IMG/VR virus record: IMGVR_UViG_3300048080_000333
DNA: 64,000 nucleotides
Source: a virus
Direction: 5' to 3' (one strand)
Below the pieces are notes generated by a model. It was not told where the DNA came from, searched no databases, and was given only the letters and a program-made list of their open reading frames with translations. This document shows, one piece after another, positions 45,159 through 54,503 of the stretch. How positions within the stretch are numbered: position 1 is the stretch's first letter; every line of letters begins with the position of its first letter. Both the position numbers and the translations under genes were made by a program.

Positions 45159-47375
45159 ATGAGCGAATCCCCGGACATGTTGGAAGCGGTCCTCGCGTTG
45201 CGGGAACGGGGATTTTCTGTCATTCCCATTCACTATCCGGACATGGACCTCGACGATCTTCCGGTAAATGTTCGTGTACGTGTCGACCCCGGAAGTAAGG
45301 AGTATAACGAGCGCGACATCGGTAAACTGCCACTTGTGCCCTGGGAAGGGTACCAGACCACTCTTGCCAAACCCGGTGAGGTAGAGAACTGGTGGGGGGC
45401 GAAGCGGAAGTGGAAGGTCGCCCCGAACATCGCGGTCGTCTGCGGTAAGATAAGCGACATCTTTGTCGTTGATGCTGACGGTGAATCCGCGCTAGCCTAT
45501 ATGGCGAGCCTACACGTTGCCCCTGGATTTACGTTGACAGCCAAAACGGGCCGGCCGCACGGCCACCAGTTCTACTTTCGATGGCCCGGCTTCGAGGTCA
45601 GCAACAGTCTAGGACAAATCATGCCCGGTTTGGACATCAAGGGAGATGGGGGCTATGTGATTGCGCCTCCGTCTCGGCATCGCTTAGGTGTTGACTATGC
45701 TTGGATCGAGGGTATTGACGAGCCTCTGTTCGCGCCGGAGGAACTCCTAGAAGTCATTCGTCAAGCGGCCAAGCGGAAACAACAGAAAATTGCGCTGCCC
45801 CCAGAAGAAATCACGCGGCTGTTGACTGGACCCATCCCCGATGGACAGCGACATAACGACGCAAAACGACTCTTCGCGCATCTCGTGGCCATCGGAACGC
45901 CGGAGCGAGCCACGCGCGAGTTCGCGTTGTCCTGGGGCCAAACGGTTTGTAAGCCTCCGGCGGATAACGAACATCTCCAAAAGATTGTCACTTGGGCGTT
46001 GGATCAAGAATCCTCAAAACGGCGGAATCCCGAGGAGCCCAAGTTCGTGCGCCAGGGAGATGATTTTGAGTTCGAGTGGTCGGATCTCGGTATCCGTGCT
46101 AGTTTGAAGGACATCCGACATACTGGCGGGCGGCTTCAAGGGTCGTTGAGCATCACATCGGATGCAACGGGCGATATTCACTTCGGCGATATTGTGTTAG
46201 GAAGCACATCTGCACGTGAGGAATTAGCACATCCGACCCGCGGCAAATTGGTTCGTAAGCGTAGCGACATCAACTGGGACGCTATGCTCGAACGGATCTG
46301 TCGGATCGCTACGGCGAGGTATCGAGAAGGCGGTCCCGTCATAAAACTCCAGCCCTCTCTGTCACCTATCGGCTATGAATTCATTCGATACTTGATGCCG
46401 GGCAAAGAAATCACAATCGGCCTTGGAGACGGTGGAGCAGGGAAAAGCACTATTGCTGCTGCTCTTTGCGTGGCCGTAGTTCTTGGGAAATCTCTACCAT
46501 GTGGTGTCGTTCCGCGAAAGATCGGCAAGGCACTCTATCTCGATTGGGAATCCCAGCCGGACGAGCATCAGGATCGGCTCGCGGCTCTTTTGCGTGGCCA
46601 CTTTGACCATACTGGGGCTCCGCCGGATCTGTACTACCGCCGGATGACGCGGCCCATTTGGGACGAGGTTGCGTTTCTCAGGTCAAAAATCGCGGAGATC
46701 GCTGGCGGCACAGAAAAGATGGACGAGGTGTTGGTTATCGTTGACTCCTACGCGCCAGCAGCGGGCCGGGATCCCGAAAGTGCGGATGCTGCCATCGCCG
46801 TCATGTCGGCCCTACACGCGCTTGGACCCGCGACGGTGTTTCTGATCTGCCACGTCTCGAAGGAAGCGGCCGAACGGCAAGGTGGTGCCCAACGACCTTA
46901 CGGCAGCGTCTTCCTGTACAATCTCGCTCGTTCCGTATGGGAGATTCGTGCATCGAGTGATACAGACATTCCGGGGAACTTTCTACAGGTGCGGTTCAAC
47001 CATAGGAAGTCCAACAGGGGCCGGCGCTACCCGCCTTTCAATTGGCGTCTCGACTACCAGGAGGAAAAAGACCCCGAGACAGGAGAAGAGCGGACGGTAA
47101 GCATCACCATCTCCAAAGATGATTCTCCAGTCCTTGCGTCGCCTTGGGAAAAGATTCTATCTTACCTCCGCCATCACGAACGGGGAACACCTAACCAAAT
47201 CACTGCCTTCTACGATGGTCTTAACTGGGAAACGGTGAGAAAAACGATGGCGAAGATGCTTCGGTACAAGACTATTGTAAAAGTGGATGAAACAGAGAAT
47301 CAGGAACATGTCTACGCCCTCGCGGCTCCGAAAGGTTTGGACGAATCCCAAGCACCGCCGGAGGGACAACTGTGA
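45159..47375 (+). CDS. Bifunctional primase-polymerase fused to a RecA-like (AAA_25) helicase
   Basis: 'GFSVIP', 'NIAVVCG..S..FVVDAD', 'GH.FYF', 'DIKGDGGYV.APPS.H'; Walker A 'GDGGAGKS'; Walker B 'VIVDS'. Confidence 0.9.
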   Translation: MSESPDMLEAVLALRERGFSVIPIHYPDMDLDDLPVNVRVRVDPGSKEYNERDIGKLPLVPWEGYQTTLAKPGEVENWWGAKRKWKVAPNIAVVCGKISDIFVVDADGESALAYMASLHVAPGFTLTAKTGRPHGHQFYFRWPGFEVSNSLGQIMPGLDIKGDGGYVIAPPSRHRLGVDYAWIEGIDEPLFAPEELLEVIRQAAKRKQQKIALPPEEITRLLTGPIPDGQRHNDAKRLFAHLVAIGTPERATREFALSWGQTVCKPPADNEHLQKIVTWALDQESSKRRNPEEPKFVRQGDDFEFEWSDLGIRASLKDIRHTGGRLQGSLSITSDATGDIHFGDIVLGSTSAREELAHPTRGKLVRKRSDINWDAMLERICRIATARYREGGPVIKLQPSLSPIGYEFIRYLMPGKEITIGLGDGGAGKSTIAAALCVAVVLGKSLPCGVVPRKIGKALYLDWESQPDEHQDRLAALLRGHFDHTGAPPDLYYRRMTRPIWDEVAFLRSKIAEIAGGTEKMDEVLVIVDSYAPAAGRDPESADAAIAVMSALHALGPATVFLICHVSKEAAERQGGAQRPYGSVFLYNLARSVWEIRASSDTDIPGNFLQVRFNHRKSNRGRRYPPFNWRLDYQEEKDPETGEERTVSITISKDDSPVLASPWEKILSYLRHHERGTPNQITAFYDGLNWETVRKTMAKMLRYKTIVKVDETENQEHVYALAAPKGLDESQAPPEGQL

Positions 47376-47563
47376 GCCTTGACTACGCCGTGGAGCAGTT
47401 GGCGCGGGAACTGAGACAGCGATTCGGTCTGCCGGACGAACAGGCCCGTATGGTCGCGCAGTGGCACCTCATCCGGGTGGCTCAGGCCGTGGCTATCGTG
47501 ACGGTAGAACGAATCAACCAGGATCTCATCCGTTTCAACAGGCGGGGGGTTCAGGATGTCTAA
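47372..47563 (+). CDS. Hypothetical protein
   Basis: GTGA overlap; 63 aa. Confidence 0.55.
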   Translation: MSLDYAVEQLARELRQRFGLPDEQARMVAQWHLIRVAQAVAIVTVERINQDLIRFNRRGVQDV

Positions 47564-47900
47564 TCCATTTCGGCACCTCTGGCTATGGATGCTTCGGTCC
47601 TGGGAGGGCCTGACATCTCAACGTCCACCCTGGGAAGAAGGTGTCGTACTGTGGTACAGTCCGACGAAGCGGTATGGCTACATTCGATGTCCACGCCGAC
47701 TCGATCTCTCACCAGATTCGACGGCTGATGGTGGCGATGTGTTCTTCGACGACGAAGCCCTTCCGAATTTTGGGGTACGGTCCCCTGTCATGGATGAACG
47801 AGTGCGTTTTGTCATTAGACCCGAGACACGGTCTTGGCGTGTACGTTCGGCGTTTGAAATCAGGGAGAGGAACGACAATTCGAATGGGGAGGTAGGGTAG
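47556..47900 (+). CDS. Cold-shock-domain (OB-fold) nucleic-acid-binding protein
   Basis: 'GVVLWYSPTKRYGYI' (RNP1-like), 'DVFF', 'ERVRFVI'. Confidence 0.7.
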   Translation: MSNPFRHLWLWMLRSWEGLTSQRPPWEEGVVLWYSPTKRYGYIRCPRRLDLSPDSTADGGDVFFDDEALPNFGVRSPVMDERVRFVIRPETRSWRVRSAFEIRERNDNSNGEVG

Positions 47901-47901
47901 C

Positions 47902-48291
47902 ATGGCGTACAATCTTGTGGTGTTAGAGGGGCGACTGACGAAAGACCCTGAACTGCGCTACATCCCGAGTGGACAGCCCGTGGCGTCGTTTACGCTTGCC
48001 GTGGACCGTTCGTACGTGCAGGAGGGTAAGGAGCGGGAGACGGATTTCGTCGATATCATAGCCTGGAGGAAGTTGGCGGAGACGGTCTCCCAGCATCTTC
48101 AGAAGGGTTCGTATGTTCTGGTCCAGGGCCGTCTTCAGATACGGGCCTACGAAACCCAGGATGGGCAGAAGCGAAAGGTCACCGAGATCGTCGCAACCGA
48201 GATCCGGTTCCTTGGCCCGAAGCCGAAGGGTGCCACCGGCGAATCTGCTGCGCCCTCGACGCACGGGATTAATGAGGACGTTCCGTTCTAA
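47902..48291 (+). CDS. ssb: Single-stranded DNA-binding protein
   Basis: 'NLVVLEGRLTKDPELRY...VASFTLAVDR', 'WRKLAE....L.KGS.V.VQGRLQ'; acidic 'EDVPF' tail. Confidence 0.96.
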   Translation: MAYNLVVLEGRLTKDPELRYIPSGQPVASFTLAVDRSYVQEGKERETDFVDIIAWRKLAETVSQHLQKGSYVLVQGRLQIRAYETQDGQKRKVTEIVATEIRFLGPKPKGATGESAAPSTHGINEDVPF

Positions 48292-48294
48292 GGC

Positions 48295-48324
48295 TTGACA
48301 ATGGGGGCGCAGATGCTCTATCAT
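48295..48324 (+). promoter_or_regulatory. sigma70-type promoter TTGACA-18-TATCAT, probably leaderless
   Basis: ATG 48331 lies 6 nt after the -10; no Shine-Dalgarno in between. Confidence 0.6.
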
Positions 48325-48330
48325 ACGTCT

Positions 48331-48837
48331 ATGCGATGCACATTCGGGCTTCTGTTAATCGCTGCTCTGGCCGCCGCATGCGCCCCCACCGATATTTCCC
48401 AGGAGGCCGCGTATACCCTTCGGGGTCCTTACATCCCACCCAACGCCTACTGGCCCCGGGGACGGCAGATAGAGGTTACGGCGACCATGTACAATTGTGT
48501 AGCCGCCCAGACCGACAGCACCCCCTGGATCACAGCGTCCGGAATGCCGTGTGGACACAATACTGTCGTCATCACACCTGAAGGGCGCGTTGTGTCTGCG
48601 GGTCCGGCCCAGTTCCCTCCCGAGTACAGCGTCCGAGTGGGCGTTCTTGGGGTGAGTAGGGACCTGCTGAAAGAGTTGCCGTTTGGGACACAGGTCGTCG
48701 TGTATGGACGGACCTACGTCGTTGGTGACACGATGGCCGCCCGGTGGCGACGCCGCATAGACATTCCGCATCCGACCTACAGGGGTGCGATGCTCCATGG
48801 TGTCAGGAGAAAAGTCATTATGGAGGTCCATAGATGA
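48331..48837 (+). CDS. 3D-domain (MltA/RlpA-like) lipoprotein
   Basis: Lipobox 'LLLIAALAAAC'; 'VTATMY', 'ITASG', 'VSRDLL..LPFGT.V', 'VVGDTM......IDI'. Confidence 0.8.
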   Translation: MRCTFGLLLIAALAAACAPTDISQEAAYTLRGPYIPPNAYWPRGRQIEVTATMYNCVAAQTDSTPWITASGMPCGHNTVVITPEGRVVSAGPAQFPPEYSVRVGVLGVSRDLLKELPFGTQVVVYGRTYVVGDTMAARWRRRIDIPHPTYRGAMLHGVRRKVIMEVHR

Positions 48838-49328
48838 GCGCAGTAAAAGTTACGCCACGTCTGGGCTATGCCGGGCGGGCCTCACGCCTCCCCAACGGCC
48901 GTGGTGTGATCGAACCCGTACAACTACCCGTAGACGACGCGATTCTTGGACTGTCTCCACCGTCTCCGTGGGTGCCCCCCCTAGCCTATGTTGCGAGTGG
49001 CTATACGCTTCGCCGTTCGGTTGAATTCCGGCGTGCGTTGCAGGTGGTCCAGGAATTAGGGTATCTGCTTTCGTATCGGTGGTGGGAAAACGAAGAGTCT
49101 ACTACCGAGAAAGCCATGGAGGATTTGGTCGGTGTTATGCGAGCCGACATCCTCGTGGTCGTCATGCCGTATGCCAACTTCATCTACCGGGGGACCTGGG
49201 TGGAAATCGGCGCGGCGCTGGCACTGAACAAGCCGGTGTACATTGTCGGAGATGTGCCTGATTCCCAGTGCATCTTTTTCCTGTTGCCCAATGTTCATCG
49301 TGGGTACCCACCAGAGGTGACACGTTGA
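48834..49328 (+). CDS. Nucleoside 2-deoxyribosyltransferase-like protein (copy 1)
   Basis: 'YVAS', 'DL.GV..ADILVV', 'RGTWVEIGAALALNKPV'. Confidence 0.8.
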   Translation: MSAVKVTPRLGYAGRASRLPNGRGVIEPVQLPVDDAILGLSPPSPWVPPLAYVASGYTLRRSVEFRRALQVVQELGYLLSYRWWENEESTTEKAMEDLVGVMRADILVVVMPYANFIYRGTWVEIGAALALNKPVYIVGDVPDSQCIFFLLPNVHRGYPPEVTR

Positions 49329-49741
49329 AACGGCGGACGGAAACTGGAGACTCCACGAATCCAAAAGACCTCATCGGGCTGACGAAGTGCCCGCTGAGGC
49401 TGGTTCCGCCGGCACTGATGATCGTCGCGGCGCCGGCGATGGCTGAGGGAGCACAGAAGTATGGCGCCTATAACTGGCGGGCCAAGAAGGTTCGCTACAC
49501 CGTCTATCTAGAAGCCATCATGCGTCATGTTTTGGGCCTGATGGACCGTGAAGACATCGCGGTGGACTCCGGGATCCATCACTTGGCACACATCGCCGCG
49601 AACGCTGGTATCATCGCCGATGCGATGGCTGGTGGGCAACTGATCGACGACCGACCGGCTCCTGGTCCAGCGGCAGCCATGCTGCAGCAGCAGAACAGGC
49701 CGAAGAAGGACGTTCCAACCAAACCTATTCGGAGGACCTAA
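49325..49741 (+). CDS. dATP/dGTP diphosphohydrolase-domain protein (DUF5664-type)
   Basis: 'K.PL.LVPP', 'GAQKYGAYNWR', 'Y..AIMRH', 'EDIAVDSGIHHLAH'. Confidence 0.88.
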   Translation: MKRRTETGDSTNPKDLIGLTKCPLRLVPPALMIVAAPAMAEGAQKYGAYNWRAKKVRYTVYLEAIMRHVLGLMDREDIAVDSGIHHLAHIAANAGIIADAMAGGQLIDDRPAPGPAAAMLQQQNRPKKDVPTKPIRRT

Positions 49742-49742
49742 C

Positions 49743-50021
49743 GTGCCAAGACGCAACGGTCCAACCAGCCCGCCGCCGAACGTGAATATCGTGCGTCTCT
49801 TGGTGGCCGCCGTGTCCGGTCCCCCCGACGATGAGGGGATGACCGCCCAAGAACTAGCGGTCGAGAGTGGCCAAACGGTTGACACTGTACAGCGCCGGCT
49901 AAAAACCCTGGAAGTCCAGGGACGCCTTATCATCGGTTTTCGTCGGGGTAAGGATTCGCGGGGCCGGAACTATCGTTTTCCGGTATATCGTCTCAGGAAG
50001 GAAACAGATGAAAAGAAATAA
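49743..50021 (+). CDS. Winged-helix DNA-binding protein
   Basis: 'MTAQELAVESGQTVDTVQRRLKTL...GRL' followed by a beta-wing. Confidence 0.75.
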   Translation: MPRRNGPTSPPPNVNIVRLLVAAVSGPPDDEGMTAQELAVESGQTVDTVQRRLKTLEVQGRLIIGFRRGKDSRGRNYRFPVYRLRKETDEKK

Positions 50022-51210
50022 GGCAAACGATCAAACACTTATCCACGCTTTGCAGGACAAATCCGAGCCGGGGCAACCCCGAGATGTCGCTTCACTGCTC
50101 AAGCGGCTCGGACAGGTGAACGCCGAACTGGATCGCGAACGCGACAAGAGCGCAATCATCGCGCAGGCCATCGCACAGGTCGTTGCGGCCCTCCCGGTCC
50201 TGGAGCCTTTTTCTCCTATTCCAAAAACAATAGGTGGGGGAACGCCGCACGTCGCCATGCTGGATATCTCCGATGTCCACATAGGCGAGTTCGTAGATCC
50301 CATCTTGACCGGAGGTCTCAGCGAGTATAACTTCACGCTGTTCAAAGCACGGGGGGATCGGCTACGTCACGGGTTTAGCCGTATCGTGGACATTCACCGC
50401 CGCGCCTATCCGGTGGATGATCTCTATGTAAATTTTCTCGGCGACATTGTGACCGGCGAGGCGATCTACCGTGGACAAGCGTTTCAAATCGACATGCCTC
50501 TCCTCCAGCAGGTCTTCGAGGGGGGCTATTGGTTCGCCAACCTGCTCCGCGAGATGTCACAGATGTTCAAAACGGTCCATGTTCGGTGCGTCGCCGGAAA
50601 CCATGGACGGGGCTACGAACGCGGTCAGAATCACCCTCGAACCAATTGGGACATCGCTGTCTACATGCTCCTTAAGATGCTTGTAGCCGAGCATACCAAC
50701 GTGGACATTGAACTCGCCGAGACTTCGTATCTTGTGTACAGTGTTCCTGGTCACGAGCAGTTTCGGCATGCACTCATTCACGGAGACCAAGCCCGGTCGT
50801 GGATGGGCATTCCCTTCTATGGGATGGAGCGGGCTGGGGCCAAGATGCAGTCCATGCTGGGCATCCCGCTGGACTACGTCCATGCTGGGCACCACCACAA
50901 CGAAGCAGAGTGGCCGTCGAACCGCGTCGAATTTATGCTCAACGGCTCATGGGTCGGAGGGTCCGACCTGTCCGTGAACAAAATGTTTCGGACATCGCGC
51001 CCAACACAGAACCTGTTCTTCTGTCATCCTCGACGCGGGATCGTTGCGTCGTACCGTGTTCAGTTGGAAGACGTGGTGGAACTCCAACCGGATGTTCGGG
51101 GGATCTACAAGCCCGTTACCGACACTGCACCCAGTCCACCTGCGGCGCCCAAGCCGGCCCGGGGTGGACGTCGTGCCGGGGCTGGCCGGCCCCCCCGGAG
51201 GGTAACCTGA
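50008..51210 (+). CDS. Calcineurin-like metallophosphoesterase
   Basis: 'SDVHIG', 'GDIV', 'GNHG', 'HGD', 'GHHH'; N-terminal coiled coil. Confidence 0.9.
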   Translation: MKRNKANDQTLIHALQDKSEPGQPRDVASLLKRLGQVNAELDRERDKSAIIAQAIAQVVAALPVLEPFSPIPKTIGGGTPHVAMLDISDVHIGEFVDPILTGGLSEYNFTLFKARGDRLRHGFSRIVDIHRRAYPVDDLYVNFLGDIVTGEAIYRGQAFQIDMPLLQQVFEGGYWFANLLREMSQMFKTVHVRCVAGNHGRGYERGQNHPRTNWDIAVYMLLKMLVAEHTNVDIELAETSYLVYSVPGHEQFRHALIHGDQARSWMGIPFYGMERAGAKMQSMLGIPLDYVHAGHHHNEAEWPSNRVEFMLNGSWVGGSDLSVNKMFRTSRPTQNLFFCHPRRGIVASYRVQLEDVVELQPDVRGIYKPVTDTAPSPPAAPKPARGGRRAGAGRPPRRVT

Positions 51211-51980
51211 TGGCCAGAGAACTTATCGACGATACGCTACGGGTGTGGTTGGGCCTCAACGCCCAAAAGACCGAGTCGGCTGTTCGGGTGCCGCTTGCAC
51301 TAGACATCGCTTCGATGTCGGCTCTGTGGCAAACACGGACCCGCAGTCTCTTTTTGTTCCAGGAGATTCGTGGTGACGAAGATGAATCAGCCATCACGAA
51401 AGCATCGTTCATTGGCCGTGATCTGATGTTTTTGGACGACGTGGTTGAGGCGCCCATTACGCTCTACATCAACAGTCCTGGGGGCGACATCACGGGAGGT
51501 CTGGCCCTCATCCAAATTATGCGGAACCTCCGCAGCCCCGTCCATACCGTTGTGATGGGACAGGCGGTAAGCATGGCAGCCATTGTCGCCGTCGCTGGGG
51601 ATCGTCGGCTGGCATATCCGTGGGCACGATGGCTCCTCCACCGTGGGAAAGCGGAGGCCGGGGGCGATGCGGATGACATCGCTATCGCGGCGAAAGAACT
51701 GAAAATACTCGATGGTTATGCGGACTTCTTGTTGACTCAGCGGACGCGCATTCCGGCCGAGAGGCTCAAGCGGTTCCAGCAGAAGGATCGCTGGTTCGGA
51801 ACCGACGAAGCCGTCAAGTGGGGCATGGTTGACCATATAGTTGTGCCGCGAAAAGGTCCGGAGAAGTGGATCCCTGACCGTGTGTTCCTGAAGTCGCTCC
51901 GAGAGAAAGAGGACGAGGACGAGCGGGACGATGACCCCACCGCTGCAAAGGCGGTGGAGACGAAGGAGACACCCACATGA
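51210..51980 (+). CDS. clpP: ClpP-family serine protease
   Basis: 'ITLYINSPGG', 'GQAVSMAA' (Ser), 'LLHR' (His), 'KDRWF...EAV.WGMVD' (Asp). Confidence 0.92.
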   Translation: MARELIDDTLRVWLGLNAQKTESAVRVPLALDIASMSALWQTRTRSLFLFQEIRGDEDESAITKASFIGRDLMFLDDVVEAPITLYINSPGGDITGGLALIQIMRNLRSPVHTVVMGQAVSMAAIVAVAGDRRLAYPWARWLLHRGKAEAGGDADDIAIAAKELKILDGYADFLLTQRTRIPAERLKRFQQKDRWFGTDEAVKWGMVDHIVVPRKGPEKWIPDRVFLKSLREKEDEDERDDDPTAAKAVETKETPT

Positions 51981-52360
51981 GCCTGGCCTACTACTCACAC
52001 TGTATGGCCCTCTATGGGACGCCGCAGGAAGTCAGGGACGTCGCGTTGTTGGAGGCGCTTGGCTTCGACGTGGACAACCCCAACAATCCGGTGACTGCTA
52101 CTAGATGTCTGTCGTTGCACGAATCCGGGGTGGACTCCGGGGCCATCATGGAGCGAGTCTTCAAACCCCGCGCCGAAACCTGCGATGTGCTCGTGTTCCG
52201 CGCCCTTCCGGACGGCAGCATTCCGGCCGGCGTGGCGAAGGAGATCGAATGGGCTCTGGCGGCCGGGAAGCCGGTCATCGAGTTGCCTTCGGGCTTTCGC
52301 CGGCGCGTCCTGACGGTGGAACAGACGAGGGAGTACCTTGCCGAGGTGGGACAGAGATGA
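51977..52360 (+). CDS. Nucleoside 2-deoxyribosyltransferase-like protein (copy 2)
   Basis: 'AYYSH', 'CDVLVF', 'GVAKEIEWALAAGKPV'. Confidence 0.65.
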   Translation: MSLAYYSHCMALYGTPQEVRDVALLEALGFDVDNPNNPVTATRCLSLHESGVDSGAIMERVFKPRAETCDVLVFRALPDGSIPAGVAKEIEWALAAGKPVIELPSGFRRRVLTVEQTREYLAEVGQR

Positions 52361-53130
52361 GGCGTGCTACCCCGCTCCTCGCCGTTCTGAGTATTTTTGC
52401 GCTCGGGGCCGGACAGTCTTGGGCCGAGGATGCCTCGTCGGCCGTCGCGCTTCCGATTCCAACGAACGCGGTGGGACGGTTCTACGTCAACGGCAAGTTC
52501 CAGTGTACTGCATGGGCGGTCGGGTCCGTAAAACGGACATACCGAAGTTCCCGTGGGGGCGGAGGCACCGTGTACGAAACCCGGATCGTTACGGCTGGCC
52601 ACTGTGTCACTGTAGGAATTGGTGATGAAGCCGAGTTCGCCTGGGAACAGCCCGCTCAAAACGTCCAGTACGGTGATACAACGATTCGAATGATCGCGCT
52701 TCGCTCCCGCGCTGTTCTGACAGCCTATAGTGGACCCTACTATAGAGGTTACGATCTCGCGGTTCTTATCACTTGGTCTCCGTGGCCAATTGCCTCACTC
52801 GTGCCCGACTTTGACTACCGCCCAACGATTGGCGACCGCCTGTTACTTATGGGCTACGGGCAAGGTGCTTTCTTACCCAGAGTTGGGACGTTTGAGGGGT
52901 GGGAGGAAAGAACGGGCGCATTGGTAGTGTCTGGGATCACAAGCCTTGGCACGAGCGGCGGCCCAGTGCTCATACCCGGAACGAACCGAGTCGTCGGAGT
53001 TGCAGTGCGGCATAGCATCAGCCCCGAAGATGCCGCGCTAGGAATGTGCGCGTTTAGACCTTGCGCTCCATACTCTCCTTGGATGGCGGCTCCAATCTCT
53101 GCTCTCCAAGGATTGTTGAGGTGGCCGTAG
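52357..53130 (+). CDS. Secreted trypsin-like (S1) serine protease
   Basis: Signal peptide 'MRRATPLLAVLSIFALGAGQSWA'; 'TAGHCV', 'DLAVL', 'GTSGGPV'. Confidence 0.88.
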   Translation: MRRATPLLAVLSIFALGAGQSWAEDASSAVALPIPTNAVGRFYVNGKFQCTAWAVGSVKRTYRSSRGGGGTVYETRIVTAGHCVTVGIGDEAEFAWEQPAQNVQYGDTTIRMIALRSRAVLTAYSGPYYRGYDLAVLITWSPWPIASLVPDFDYRPTIGDRLLLMGYGQGAFLPRVGTFEGWEERTGALVVSGITSLGTSGGPVLIPGTNRVVGVAVRHSISPEDAALGMCAFRPCAPYSPWMAAPISALQGLLRWP

Positions 53131-53403
53131 ATGAGTGGGTTGGACACGATTGAACTACAGCGAGCCAAGGCCATCAACTGCCTGGTAGCCGAACGGGACG
53201 AACTGAGAACCCATAACCAGCAACACCACCGGAACGTGGTAGAGGCGTACCGACGTCGGGACGCAGCACAGAAAGGCTGTGCGAGATTGTCGGCCGCCCT
53301 TGCGATAGCGCGGGCATGGATCATTGAAGATGCGACTCGTCGCGGGATTCTTCCCGAGGTTGAGGCGCAGATTCTCTCTCGCCTCGGTCCGGAGAAGACC
53401 TAA
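53131..53403 (+). CDS. Hypothetical coiled-coil protein
   Basis: 90 aa, abuts the upstream stop. Confidence 0.6.
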   Translation: MSGLDTIELQRAKAINCLVAERDELRTHNQQHHRNVVEAYRRRDAAQKGCARLSAALAIARAWIIEDATRRGILPEVEAQILSRLGPEKT

Positions 53404-53404
53404 G

Positions 53405-53647
53405 ATGCCGTCTCCTCCCTACGCAGTTCTGCTAGACGGTCAGCCGGTGGAATACTACACCCACGGCGACTCCGCGTACAAAGCGGCGAAACGACTGGCC
53501 GTTGACCATCCTGGGAGAAGCGTCGATGCTGTACCTGAGTGGGTGTTGTCACCTGAGCAGCGCGTCCACGAACTGGCGGTCAAGAAATTGCGTAGGGTTC
53601 GCGTCGAAACGCTAGACCTCTTTACCCAAGAGTGGAGGCCGATCTGA
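53405..53647 (+). CDS. Hypothetical protein
   Basis: 80 aa, coupled to the next gene. Confidence 0.55.
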   Translation: MPSPPYAVLLDGQPVEYYTHGDSAYKAAKRLAVDHPGRSVDAVPEWVLSPEQRVHELAVKKLRRVRVETLDLFTQEWRPI

Positions 53648-54219
53648 TGGACCCTCGATTGGACAGCATTCTTCAGTGGATGCGCTCCTTGACGCACTCC
53701 TTCGAGAGCGTTGAGCAGGCCCAAGCCGTGTACATTTTGGCAAACGAATTCCAGGAGGAGACTCGTCTAGTCATGGCTGGCGTCTCGGCGCGGGTCCGAG
53801 ATATCATGGGGCGCGGAGGGCTTGACGCGCTTTCTCAGGCGACGCACCGTAAACGCTCAACGTTGCTCGCCGAAGCCGAGGTCTCCGACATCGCTTCTCT
53901 GCGGGACGGTCGACCGACGCTTACCATCATGCACCTCCAAGTGCTCCGGCTCGTGCGTGGATTAGGGGAATCAGTGGTTGCGTGGGCTGACAAGACGGTT
54001 GACGAGAACTGGTCGCCTGCCGATCTACGCCGCGCCATCCAGGCTTCCCGACGAAAGCCGGAGGATCTCGCGCCCGACATCGTACTCAAGAAAGCCGACG
54101 CTAGCGCAGACAAGTTCAAGAGCGTCGTCGATCAGGCCGTCGAGGCCGGGGTGCTCGAACCCGTTACAGAGAAGGCTGAGGGTCTTGTGGCTTACGCGAA
54201 AGCGAAGGTGCTCAAATGA
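53647..54219 (+). CDS. Hypothetical helical protein, possibly DNA-binding
   Basis: HTH-like 'ALSQATHRKRSTL'; 'WSPADLRRAI'. Confidence 0.6.
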   Translation: MDPRLDSILQWMRSLTHSFESVEQAQAVYILANEFQEETRLVMAGVSARVRDIMGRGGLDALSQATHRKRSTLLAEAEVSDIASLRDGRPTLTIMHLQVLRLVRGLGESVVAWADKTVDENWSPADLRRAIQASRRKPEDLAPDIVLKKADASADKFKSVVDQAVEAGVLEPVTEKAEGLVAYAKAKVLK

Positions 54220-54503
54220 AATCAACCTTGCTAACACCGACGCGAACCCGTATTCTCCAGGCGATGGTGGCTGGCGCCGTTATCAAAACGTTGGAGGCTG
54301 GGCCAACTTTTCGTGCGTGGATTTTCGCGGAAACCTTTGAGGGCATCTTGGGGACGCTTCGCTACACCGTGCCTTATCCAACTTTTGTTATCATGCAGCG
54401 CAACGGCTGGCTCACAAAAACGACCGACCCCGCTTGGTGGCAAGGGCATGTCTACCGGATCAGCCGCAAAGGTCGGGCGGCGCTGACGGCGGCGCTGCGA
54501 TGA
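54216..54503 (+). CDS. Hypothetical protein, possible winged helix
   Basis: 'LTPTRTRIL', 'RNGWL', 'YRISRKGRAAL'. Confidence 0.6.
   Translation: MKSTLLTPTRTRILQAMVAGAVIKTLEAGPTFRAWIFAETFEGILGTLRYTVPYPTFVIMQRNGWLTKTTDPAWWQGHVYRISRKGRAALTAALR

Noticed and set aside
49325-49741. Z-genome (2-aminoadenine) system suggested by DUF5664
   Set aside because: No purZ or HD-family datZ recognised in the window; DUF5664 alone is not diagnostic.
51190-51196. C7 run near the end of the phosphoesterase gene
   Set aside because: Short for slippage; lies in a low-complexity Pro/Arg tail with no meaningful alternative frame seen.
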